Source: an uncultured Actinomycetota bacterium
GTDB taxonomy: Bacteria; Actinomycetota; Actinomycetes; Streptosporangiales; Streptosporangiaceae
Direction of reading: 5' to 3'
Assembly (NCBI GenBank): GCA_963727015.1
Contig: CAVSEV010000012.1
Coordinates: 214,131 to 278,130 of the forward strand
Length of the DNA: 64,000 nucleotides
In this document: piece by piece, positions 19,527 through 27,755 of the stretch
Numbering within the stretch: position 1 is the stretch's first letter
How the letters are laid out: the number at the start of each line of letters is the position of its first letter
The notes under the pieces: model-generated
Databases searched by the model: none
What the model was told of the DNA's origin: nothing
What the model saw: only the letters and a program-made list of their open reading frames with translations
Position numbers and translations under genes: made by a program

Positions 19527-21368
19527 GTGGCGGCGGTGAGGCGGTGCTCCAGGCGGCGATCCCCCTCCCCAACACGTGCACATCAAGGGCCTGAACGTTG
19601 CATGGACGGAATGCACTACTGGGTTCGCCGTGCAGTGGCCGAGCAGAATGTCCGGACTAGTCCGGACATTCTGCTCGGCGTGGGGACTGGCGCAGCCCTG
19701 GCACGCGCGGCACGCTGCCACTGCCGGGGCCTGGGCTATTGGCGAGTACTGGGGCGGGGTAATGGGAACACCGTGACCCTGGCGGAAAGCGAGCCGCAGC
19801 GGCCGATCTGGTCCAGGCTGGCGTCGTCGCGCGCAGCGCGGGTGGCTGGCCGCGTCGTGGCACTGACGATGGTGGCACTGCTCGGCTCCTGGCTTGGCCT
19901 GGTCCTCGGCGGGCACAGCAACGCCGGCATCGGCCCGGTCGAGACGCGGATGGCGCTCCAGCCGTCGCTTACCGGGCAGACCGTGGTCGAGATACCTCCG
20001 CTCGGCACGCTGCAAATCGACAGCGATCGCGGCTTGCTGCGGCTTGACGTGACGGTTCAGCGGATCAAGGAGACCGACGTCCGGGCGATCTCGCGTGATC
20101 CCGGCCAGCTCCGTGACATGCCTAACCAGGTCAGCCGCGATCTCAGGCACGCCGTGACCGTGGTCGCGGTGCGCGGTCTGCTCGCCGCGGTCGCGGGGAG
20201 CCTGCTGCTTGGCCTGCTGGTGTTCCGCCGTCTGGGCCGGGCCATCCTGGCCGGCGCCATATCGCTCGTGGTCCTGGCGGCAAGCGGCCTGTTCGCCGCG
20301 GCGACCTGGAATCCCGACGCGATCCTGGAGCCCCGCTACACCGGCCTGCTGGCGAGCGCCCCGTCGCTGATCGGCACGACGCAGGACATCGTGACAAGCT
20401 TCCAGGCCTACCGCAAGGAACTCGCGCGGCTGGTCGCGAATGTCTCGCAGCTCTACCAGGCAACCTCGCACCTGCCCACATACCAGCCAAGTCCGGAGAC
20501 CGTACGAGTCCTCGACGTCTCCGACATCCATGACAATCCCGCCGCGTGGAACGTCATGCACTCGGTCACGGACGAGTTCCACGTCAACTTCATCATCGAC
20601 TCCGGCGACCTCACCGACCACGGCAGCGGCCCGGAGAATGCGTTCGCCAAAGAGATACCGGCGTTCCGGATGCCTTACGTCTTCGTGAAGGGCAACCACG
20701 ACTCGGACGCCACCCAGGAGGCGGTTGCCAGGCAAAAGAACGCGGTCGTGCTGACCGGCAAGGTGGTCACCATCGACGGCCTGCGGCTCATCGGCGCCGG
20801 TGACCCCAGGTTCACGCCCAACCTCGCCGTCGAGGTGCCAGGCGAGCGGGACGTGGTCGCCATGGGACGCCGGCTTGCCGCCACGGCAGCCCAGGCGAAC
20901 CCGCCACCTGACATCGCCGTCGTGCACGACCCCGCCGCGGCCGTGCCCCTCGCCGGGGCCGTCAAGCTCGTGCTTGCCGGGCATCTCCACCGCCGGCTCA
21001 CCCAGATGCTGCCTGGCGGCACGTTCCTGTTCGTGCAGGGCTCGACCGGCGGCGCGGGGCTGCGCGCGCTGCAGTCAACGCCGCCGACCCCGCTCGAATT
21101 CGCGGTACTTTACTTCGATCGTGCCACGCATCGCCTGCAGGCGTGGGACGACATCACGCTTGCGGGCCTGGGCGGTGCGGATGTGCAGATCCAGCGTCAC
21201 CTGGTCAACATCCCCGGGCCTGGGCCCGGCCAGAGTCCCAGCCCCAGCCAGAATGCGAGTCCCGGCCAGGCCACTGGGCAGGTAAGCCGCCCGTCCGCGG
21301 AATCCGCGGCTACGGTCAAGGGCCTGCTCGCGCGCCTGCGCGTCAGGTCCGGAGCGTGCGGCGGTTAG
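19527..21368 (+). CDS. Membrane-anchored metallophosphoesterase (calcineurin-like phosphoesterase)
   Basis: TM segments (VVALTMVALLGSWLGLVLGG; LLAAVAGSLLLGLLVF; ILAGAISLVVLAASGLF) followed by VLDVSDIHDN...IIDSGDLTDHG...FVKGNHD...LAGHLHRR, the MPE motifs. The start is probably internal (around 19830-19900), because the 5' part of the ORF covers a 40-bp palindrome. Confidence 0.65.
   Translation: MAAVRRCSRRRSPSPTRAHQGPERCMDGMHYWVRRAVAEQNVRTSPDILLGVGTGAALARAARCHCRGLGYWRVLGRGNGNTVTLAESEPQRPIWSRLASSRAARVAGRVVALTMVALLGSWLGLVLGGHSNAGIGPVETRMALQPSLTGQTVVEIPPLGTLQIDSDRGLLRLDVTVQRIKETDVRAISRDPGQLRDMPNQVSRDLRHAVTVVAVRGLLAAVAGSLLLGLLVFRRLGRAILAGAISLVVLAASGLFAAATWNPDAILEPRYTGLLASAPSLIGTTQDIVTSFQAYRKELARLVANVSQLYQATSHLPTYQPSPETVRVLDVSDIHDNPAAWNVMHSVTDEFHVNFIIDSGDLTDHGSGPENAFAKEIPAFRMPYVFVKGNHDSDATQEAVARQKNAVVLTGKVVTIDGLRLIGAGDPRFTPNLAVEVPGERDVVAMGRRLAATAAQANPPPDIAVVHDPAAAVPLAGAVKLVLAGHLHRRLTQMLPGGTFLFVQGSTGGAGLRALQSTPPTPLEFAVLYFDRATHRLQAWDDITLAGLGGADVQIQRHLVNIPGPGPGQSPSPSQNASPGQATGQVSRPSAESAATVKGLLARLRVRSGACGG
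19639..19678. promoter_or_regulatory. 40-bp perfect palindrome (CCGAGCAGAATGTCCGGACTAGTCCGGACATTCTGCTCGG)
   Basis: Perfect dyad with 17-nt arms and a TAGT spacer, lying between the DUF2877 gene and the phosphoesterase gene. Locally AT-richer. Candidate operator or RNA hairpin. Confidence 0.45.
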
Positions 21369-21534
21369 GGCGTAGTGATAGTACGAAGCGCAGGAGGCGT
21401 GGGTTCCGCGGGACGTAGTCGTGTTCTGCGGGACGTAGTTGAGACGGGGACGTGCTCCTGGTGCGATTGTGCGGACTTGATGTCCCAGGCGCAACACAGG
21501 AGGACGTCCTATGGGCAAGGGTCGTGGCGCCTTG

Positions 21535-21590
21535 CCGGATCGGCGCCTGGAGCACCGCCCGCATCCACCAAGATCGACGGGACACATCCT
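21535..21590. repeat. Partial copy (one arm, about 55 bp) of the dispersed MITE-like element
   Basis: CTTGCCGGATCGGCGCCTGGAGCACCGCCCGCATCCACCAAGATCGA matches the right arm of the copies at 41.9, 53.7, 61.3 and 62.9 kb. Confidence 0.5.
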
Positions 21591-22157
21591 AGAGCGCCAG
21601 GTGGCTCCCGGTCCTTGGGCCCCGGTGGGCGTGTCAGCGTGGCTGAACCAGGGCCGCCCGCGCAGCCGTTTGGGAGCATGCACGGCCAAGCCGACCGCAG
21701 CCTGGGTGTCTTCTGCGGCAGTTCTTCGGCAGCTGCGTCCCCGCTGCTACCTTCCGGCCGCCGCACAACGTCAACAACGACGAGAACGGGGTCACGATCT
21801 CTACGTGCACAGGTCCGGACGCGCCGTGGGCGGGGTTCTGGACCCGCCTGCGCCATTACGGTTAGCAATGTATGTCCAGTTGCCCGGTTTTCATGATTCC
21901 GGAGCGTTTTAGTGAATATCCCTGAAAACGTGTAAGGATCATGGTCGTCGGGCGGCGCCTCATCGGGGGAAGTTCTTGAGTCCCCGTCAATTATGACGCG
22001 AGATTGACAGCGGGAACCGCCCTTAGCCAATACGCGCGCTCCGCGCGCTACGCGCGCCCCCTATAGGCAACTCGTATTTGATCGGATACTGTGCGCACGT
22101 GGTCATCAGCCGGTAGATCAATCGGCCTGCCGGCAGACCGGAGAACGGGGGGATTAA

Positions 22158-22811
22158 ATGATGATGGCACGCACACGACTGACCGCGGTTTCGGCTCTGG
22201 CGATCGCAGTGTCGAGCGGAGTCGCAGCCGCCGCAACGGCCGCGGCGGCACCGATGACGGCGTCGGCGAGGCCGGCCGTGCACGTGGCGCAACGCGCCAG
22301 CTTCGCACAGCGCCCGCATGCCGGGCTCGCCGGACCGGCCGGGACGGCGGGTCCGGCAACCCACGCGCGACCCGCGGGGCCTGCGCGACCGGCGGGGCAC
22401 GCGCGACCGGCGGGGCACGCAGGACAGGCGCGGCGCGCGAGGGCGCGAGTCGTGGTCCTCAACTGCCGCAACCGCGCCGAGGTCCGCCCGCGCAAGTTCA
22501 TCATCACCTGCGCGGACGCAAACGACTACCTGGCCGGGCTGAGGTGGTCAAGCTGGGGACCGACCGAGGCCTTCGGCCGCGGGGTGGAATGGGTGAACGC
22601 CTGCACCCCCGACTGTGCCCACGGGAAGTTCTCCCACAACCACGTAAGCGTTGTGTTCTGGCGGGTCCGGCGGCTGCACGGCCGTCATCACCTGCTGCAC
22701 TTCACCAGGCTCACCGTTGGGCACGTGACCCACATTCTGTCAGCCGGCATATCCCGCCGCGGGCGGCGGGAAGCCGTGGTGGCCCGGCGCACAGCGCCGG
22801 GCCACCACTAG
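22158..22811 (+). CDS. Hypothetical secreted protein (signal peptide; Cys-containing C-terminal domain)
   Basis: 217 aa. MMMARTRLTAVSALAIAVSSGVAAAATAAAAP looks like a Sec signal. FIITCADANDYLAGLRWSSWGPTEAFGRGVEWVNACTPDCAHGKF looks globular. RBS GGGGGATTAAATG. Confidence 0.45.
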   Translation: MMMARTRLTAVSALAIAVSSGVAAAATAAAAPMTASARPAVHVAQRASFAQRPHAGLAGPAGTAGPATHARPAGPARPAGHARPAGHAGQARRARARVVVLNCRNRAEVRPRKFIITCADANDYLAGLRWSSWGPTEAFGRGVEWVNACTPDCAHGKFSHNHVSVVFWRVRRLHGRHHLLHFTRLTVGHVTHILSAGISRRGRREAVVARRTAPGHH

Positions 22812-23107
22812 ATCGGGCAGTCCGCGCCGGTCGCCGGGCGAAAGATTGCGGCATCAAGGCCCGCGGCCTTCCCCGGTCTCGCGATCGAGAACGGAGTACC
22901 AGATGGCACACGCTAAGTAGCACGATTGGCCTATATGCCGTCGGCTGCGCTCATGATCCGTTCTCGTGTTAACTAGCCCGCGCTATTCGCCGGAAACCTA
23001 ACACGGAAACGGATCATGAATAGGCCGGGAGCGCCGGCAGCGCGCCGCAAGCCGCTTGACCCGGGTTGCCCGGGGCAGGACAGCCAGAACGGCTGCGCGA
23101 ACGGTTT

Positions 23108-23480
23108 CCAAACCTGATGTGCGCGGGCAAGTGCGAGCGCCCGGGCAAGTGCGAGCGCCCCGGCAAGTGCGAGCGCCCCGGCAAGTGCGAGCGCCCCGGC
23201 AAGTGCGAGCGCCCCGGCAAGTGCGAGCGCCCCGGCAAGTGCGAGCGCCCGGCAAGTGCGAGCGCCCCGGCAAGTGCGAGCGCCCCGGCAAGTGCGAGCG
23301 CCCCGGCAAGTGCGAGCGCCCCGGCAAGTGCGAGCGCCCCGGCAAGTGCGAGCGCCCCGGCAAGTGCGAGCGCCCCGGCAAGTGCGAGCGCCCCGGCAAG
23401 TGCGAGCGCCCCGGCAGGCGCGAGCGCCCCGGCAGGCGTGAGCGCCCCGGCAGGCGTGAGCGCGCGGGCAGGCGCCCGGC
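23108..23480. repeat. Tandem array of about 20 copies of an 18-bp unit (GGCAAGTGCGAGCGCCCC), minisatellite
   Basis: Units abut directly with no spacers. One unit is 17 nt (shifting GKCERP to ASASAP in the overlapping ORF). Decays into GGCAGGCG(C/T)GAGCGCCCC variants at the 3' end. Confidence 0.85.
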
Positions 23481-23817
23481 CCGTCCGCTCGGCGGTTGCG
23501 GGCACCTGGCCCCTGACCGTTCCGGGTCAGGGCCAGGTGCGGGGGTCTCGCGCGGTCAGATGCGCTTGGCGGAGCGCACGCAGCGCGGGTCAGACGCGCA
23601 TGGCTCGCGCACTTGCAGGTCGCGGAAGGAGGACGATCTCGGCCGTCGTGGTGGAGGGCCTCGCGGTTGACGTTCAGGACGAGCGCCGCGATCGGGTGAT
23701 CGCGGAACGGTCCCTCCACCGCGTCGCATGGCCGGGCGAGACCCTCCCGCAGAATGGCGTCATCGAGTGCCGGGATCGGGGGCAGGATAGGCGTGTCAGA
23801 TCAGGCTCAGCCGCAAT

Positions 23818-24514
23818 GAACGGAGCGGAAATGACCGCCCAGCCGTCCATCTCCGTACGCGGTGAGGCGACGCTCGAGGTCGACCCCGAGATCGCCGTCA
23901 TCTCGGTCACCATCATGGCCCGCGACGCCGAAAGGCGGCGGGTCATCGACTTGTTTGCCAAACGGAACGCCCAGGTGATGGCTCTGGTCCGGGCGCAGGG
24001 CGACGCGGTGGAGAAGATCGAAAGCGCCTCCGTCAGCGTCCATCCCGAACTCAGGCCCGACAAGGGCAAAGAGCGCAAGGCCAAGGAGCGCATCTTCAGT
24101 TACCTGGCCCGCGGCAGCGTCAGCGTCACAGTGGGGGACTTCACCGTCCTCGGCGATCTGGTCGCGGGACTGGCGAGCGAGGAAATGGTCGCCGTGACGG
24201 GACCCTGGTGGGGCCTGCGCCCGGGCAGCCCGGTGCACCGGCAGGCACGCCAGAACGCGGCGCGAGATGCCGTCGCGCGTGCACGCGAGTACGCGGAAGC
24301 CTTCGGCGGCCAGGTGAACGGCCTGACGGAGGTAGCCGACGCGGGCTTGCTCACCGAGGGGGAACGACCGGCCCGGATGCGGTCCATGGCGGCCAGCCGC
24401 GCGGCAGCGTTCGAGGAAGAGACCGAGGATCTCGAGTTTGAACCTGCGAAGCAGACCGTCACCGCCCAGGTCGAGGCCCGGTTCACGATGACCGCGCCCG
24501 AATTGGGGACCTGA
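23818..24514 (+). CDS. SIMPL-domain (DUF541) protein
   Basis: MNGAEMTAQPSISVRGEATLEVDPEIAVISVTIMARDAERRRVIDLFAK...ISVTVGDFTVLGDLVAGLASEEMVAVTGPWWGLRPG. The listed ORF extends 5' through the 18-bp repeat array and is trimmed here. Confidence 0.65.
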
Positions 24515-24694
24515 CAGGCCGGCGAGACCGGTCGCTGACTCGCCGGTCAGCCGCGAAGGGCGTAGCTCGACGAGCGGCCACCCTGGCCGTCCGACGGCTG
24601 CCTTCACGGACGCCGTGGCGCACCCTGCACGGACGTGGTGGCGCACCGCGGGCCGGCAGGTGCTCGCCCGCCGGCCCGCAGCAGCCATTGTCAC

Positions 24695-25060
24695 TCAGCG
24701 GTGGTGATGATCGTGATCGCCGAAGTCACCGCGGTCACCGTGGTCGTGATCGCCGAAGCCACCGTGGTGATGATCGAAATCACCGAAGCCACCGTGGTGA
24801 TGATCGAAATCACCGAAGTCACCGTGGTGATGATCGAAATCACCGAAGTCACCGTGGTGGTCACACCAGTACACGTACGGCCAGTGGCCACACCAGTCGC
24901 GCCAGTGCTCGTGTACCTGAGCCGCATGGACGCTCTGCACAGCGGCGGGCTGGGTCGTTGCCGCACTTGCCATGGTGGACACGCTCATCGCGCCACCGAA
25001 GCCGAGCGCGACAATCGCGGCACTGGTGGCCGCGGCCCGCTTGAACAGCATTCTGGACAT
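24695..25060 (-). CDS. Small secreted histidine/aspartate-rich repeat protein (putative metal-binding)
   Basis: 121 aa. Signal peptide MSRMLFKRAAATSAAIVALGFGGAMSVSTMASA, then HEHWRDWCGHWPYVYWCDHHGDFGDFDHHHGDFGDFDHHHGGFGDFDHHHGGFGDHDHGDRGDFGDHDHHHR. Confidence 0.55.
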   Translation of the reverse strand: MSRMLFKRAAATSAAIVALGFGGAMSVSTMASAATTQPAAVQSVHAAQVHEHWRDWCGHWPYVYWCDHHGDFGDFDHHHGDFGDFDHHHGGFGDFDHHHGGFGDHDHGDRGDFGDHDHHHR

Positions 25061-25069
25061 AGGGTTCCG

Positions 25070-25215
25070 TCCCTTCTGTTATTGGCTGGGGATCCTCTAT
25101 TGGCTGGGGGATCCTCTATTGGCTGGGGACCCTCTATTGGCTGGGGACCCTCTATTGGCTGGGGATCCTCTATTGGCTGGGGATCCTCTATTGGCTGGAG
25201 ATCCTCGGGGTCATG
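25070..25215. repeat. 7 tandem copies of a 21-bp unit (CTATTGGCTGGGGATCCTCT) just upstream of the His-rich protein gene
   Basis: Near-perfect units differing only by G/A, T/C. Located in the promoter region of the minus-strand gene starting at 25060. Confidence 0.85.
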
Positions 25216-25632
25216 CGGCCAGGCCAGCGGAGCGCCATGTCCCTGGTGACCATTGCCCGTGCCCATATCGTCCGTCCCTGACCGGCGATACCACGGCCGG
25301 TCACACTGTGGTGGCGGTGCGGTGGCGCATAAGCAACCACCGCGGCGCGGGCGGCGCCGATGGCAACTCGGGTTGATCGGATCACTGTCGAGTCGTCCCC
25401 CTGTCGGCCGCGAAGGGCTGCCTTGGATCTCAACCGTGGAAGCGCCGTGCGGCGCGTACACGAGACTTCCCGATGGCACTTCAATTCATGCGGTGCGACA
25501 CGCAAAATGTTTACGATTCGTAATCGAAAGAATACGCTTTGCGCTCAATGTCCACCATTTTTTGGGCTGACTTCACCTTGCCCTGACGGCTTTTGAACTT
25601 AGCGCACGACCTATAGAAGTGGCGCCACCACC

Positions 25633-25725
25633 AGGGAAAACGTTGTCGCGGGAGGAAAACGTTGTCAAGAAAAAGGCTGCCCGGAAAACGTTGTCGGGAA
25701 ACGTTGTCGGAAATCGTTATCGAGG
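25633..25725. promoter_or_regulatory. AT-rich island with 5 direct repeats of GGAAAACGTTGTC (iteron-like)
   Basis: GGGAAAACGTTGTCgcgggaGGAAAACGTTGTCaagaaaaaggctgcccGGAAAACGTTGTCGGGAAACGTTGTCGGAAATCGTTATC. Local GC is far below the window average. Confidence 0.5.
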
Positions 25726-26066
25726 GATTTCCAAGACCACCTTGCGCGGGGGCATTACCGGGCGGGAGCGCAAAATGCCGCCCCCGGCCCTGGCATATGC
25801 TGGCCACAGCGGCCCGGCTGGCCTGGCCAGCGTGGCCAGCGTGGCCCCCGATCATCACATGCCAGGAACCGTCCCGGCCGACGAGGTTCAGCCGAGCTGG
25901 CTTGATCCCTCAACGGCGCCAGGATCACTGCGGCCGGTGGCACACAATGGCCCATCGTGTGCCAGATTTGACGCCCAATGGGCCATCGTGTGCCACCCGT
26001 GCCTCACCCGAGCGGCACACAGGGGCCGTCGCGTGCCAGATTCGGCAGATGATGGGGCCATGGGCG

Positions 26067-26100
26067 TGGCGCTGACAGCCCGCTAGCTAGCTAGCGGGCT
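26067..26100. terminator. 34-bp perfect palindrome (CTGACAGCCCGCTAGCTAGCTAGCGGGCTGTCAG) at the 3' end of the minus-strand operon
   Basis: Perfect dyad immediately downstream (on the minus strand) of the last operon ORF. No U-tract, so hairpin or I-shaped terminator or protein site. Confidence 0.4.
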
Positions 26101-26250
26101 GTCAGGCGAACAGCAGGAATCGCAAGAGTGCGACCAGAGCCACAAGGGCCAGCGCGAGCATTGCCTTGACGAACAAGCCCTGCTCGTACCTCACCGCTTC
26201 GCGGATCTCCTCAGCAAAGGACCGCGGCGGCCCATTGCAGGAAGCGCCGC

Positions 26251-27750
26251 TCACACCGGCGTCGCCGCCTTGCCAGTCTTCTCCGTCTTGTCCCATTTCA
26301 TCTCCGCCTTCCGCAACTCCTTCACATACGCGCTGCACGCGCAGGCGCAAAGCAACGGCCCATATCCGGCGACGTAGACAAGGGCGGGACTGATCATCTT
26401 GCCGAACCTGTGTGGCTCGGCCATCTTGGCGAGGTAGGCCGCGACCATGGATGCCGCGAGCCACACGTACACCAGCAGCATCACGGAGTGCACGTAGAGG
26501 GGCGTGGGGACGACGTGCAGCAGCCTGAACAGCTCACGCGTGGCCCACCGGCACAGGAGCGGAAAGCACGTGTAGACGATGACAGCGAGGTTCACGAGGC
26601 CAGGGAACAAGACCGCCTCCCGCCAGACCCGCCGTCCGGTCACGGGGTCGATGAGCAGCGAGAATGCCGTGATGAAGATGTAGGTGGCCGCATTCGTGAT
26701 CCACAGCACGTGGAACGTCCGCCATGCCAGCGGGAAGTTGCTGAAATACAGCGCGACCAGCGAGGCCGATGCCGTGATCATGAAAAAAGGGAGCAGGAAG
26801 ATGCAGAACCAGAACACGCCGAAGTTGATGCCGCCGAGATGGTGGCCGTTGCTGCGCCGGAACCACAGCCGCCGGAACCGCAGGGTGACCTGAAAGTTGC
26901 CACGGGCCCAGCGCAGCCGCTGCTTCCACAGGCCACCGATGGTGGACGGCTCCTCCGCCCATACCGTCGCGTGCGGCTCGAACACCACCCGCTGCCCCGC
27001 GATCTGGGTGTTGAACGTCGTGAAGGTGTCCTCGGCGAGTGAGGAGGTATCGATCCGGCCACCTAGCAGCACGAGGTTGGCCCGCGAGTGGAGCTGGGCA
27101 CCTCCGGCCAGGCAGGCGATGGCGCCGATGACGTTCTGGCTGCGCCGGGCTGCCGCCTGGGCGGTGATGTACTCGTAGCCGATGAAGCGGGTCAGGTAGT
27201 TGCCCGGCCGGCTGCCTTCCCTGATGTACGCGGTGACCGCGCCGACATTGCGGTCGGCGAGATGGCGGGTCATCTTCCGCAGCGTGTCGCGCTCGTAGAC
27301 GACGTCGGCGTCCATTATAAGCAGCGCCTGCATCCAGTTGTCGCCGAGGATGACAGACAGGCCATGGTTCAGGGTGTGGGCCTTGCCTTCGCCGCCATGC
27401 TCGCGGCGCAGGTGGACCACACGGCCCGGGTACCTGGCGGCCTTGGCGGCGACCACGTCGGGGGTGGCGTCCGTGCTCGCGTCGTCGACGACGAAGATCC
27501 GCAGGGCTTCCTCGGGATAGTCGAGCGACATCAGGTGATCGATCGAGTTGCCGACGACGGCGGCCTCGTTCCACGCCGGGATCAAGATGGCGGTCCGCGG
27601 GAAATAGGGCTCGCACTCGGCATAGTGGTTCCGCCTGAAATGGATCGCGACGAGCAGGAACTGCCAGCTCCCCGCGAGCTGCGGCCCGGCGGCGAGGATG
27701 ACGAAGGCGACGAGTACCCATTCGCCGCCTGTGCTGGCATCGTGACCCAC
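26251..27750 (-). CDS. Processive family-2 glycosyltransferase (PgaC/IcaA/NodC/cellulose-synthase-like beta-glycan synthase)
   Basis: N-terminal TM, then D,D,D,QxxRW motifs: ILIPAWNEAAVV...FVVDDASTD...LIMDADVV...QRLRWARG, then 4-5 C-terminal TM helices. Start taken at the GTG at 27750 (VGHDASTGGEWVLVAFVILAAG), 5 nt after the PHP gene stop. The listed ORF extends to 27963. Confidence 0.75.
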   Translation of the reverse strand: MGHDASTGGEWVLVAFVILAAGPQLAGSWQFLLVAIHFRRNHYAECEPYFPRTAILIPAWNEAAVVGNSIDHLMSLDYPEEALRIFVVDDASTDATPDVVAAKAARYPGRVVHLRREHGGEGKAHTLNHGLSVILGDNWMQALLIMDADVVYERDTLRKMTRHLADRNVGAVTAYIREGSRPGNYLTRFIGYEYITAQAAARRSQNVIGAIACLAGGAQLHSRANLVLLGGRIDTSSLAEDTFTTFNTQIAGQRVVFEPHATVWAEEPSTIGGLWKQRLRWARGNFQVTLRFRRLWFRRSNGHHLGGINFGVFWFCIFLLPFFMITASASLVALYFSNFPLAWRTFHVLWITNAATYIFITAFSLLIDPVTGRRVWREAVLFPGLVNLAVIVYTCFPLLCRWATRELFRLLHVVPTPLYVHSVMLLVYVWLAASMVAAYLAKMAEPHRFGKMISPALVYVAGYGPLLCACACSAYVKELRKAEMKWDKTEKTGKAATPV

Positions 27751-27755
27751 TCCGG

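Noticed and set aside
19215-20990. 591-aa minus-strand ORF overlapping the metallophosphoesterase gene
   Set aside because: No recognisable motifs. The plus strand carries clear TM helices and all metallophosphoesterase motifs.
21343-21585. Short ORFs reading MSRRSWWMRAVLQAAIRQG... / ...LPDRRLEHRPHPPRSTGH... found at 21.5, 41.9, 53.7 and 61.3 kb
   Set aside because: They recur because they lie inside copies of the MITE-like repeat in both orientations. No start or RBS context, so they are treated as non-coding.
23108-23480. 18-bp repeat array considered as a CRISPR array
   Set aside because: Units are directly adjacent with no unique spacers and there are no cas genes nearby. It is a simple minisatellite.
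23066-24514. Full 482-aa ORF as one protein with a (GKCERP)n N-terminus
   Set aside because: The repeat array contains a frame-switching 17-nt unit and the SIMPL domain has its own in-frame Met at 23818. Translation through the array is possible but unproven, and is kept as a finding, not a feature.
26102-26464. 121-aa minus ORF overlapping the 3' end of the processive GT2 gene
   Set aside because: A different frame from the well-supported GT2. Only a C-terminal hydrophobic tail looks protein-like, so it is probably a frame shadow.
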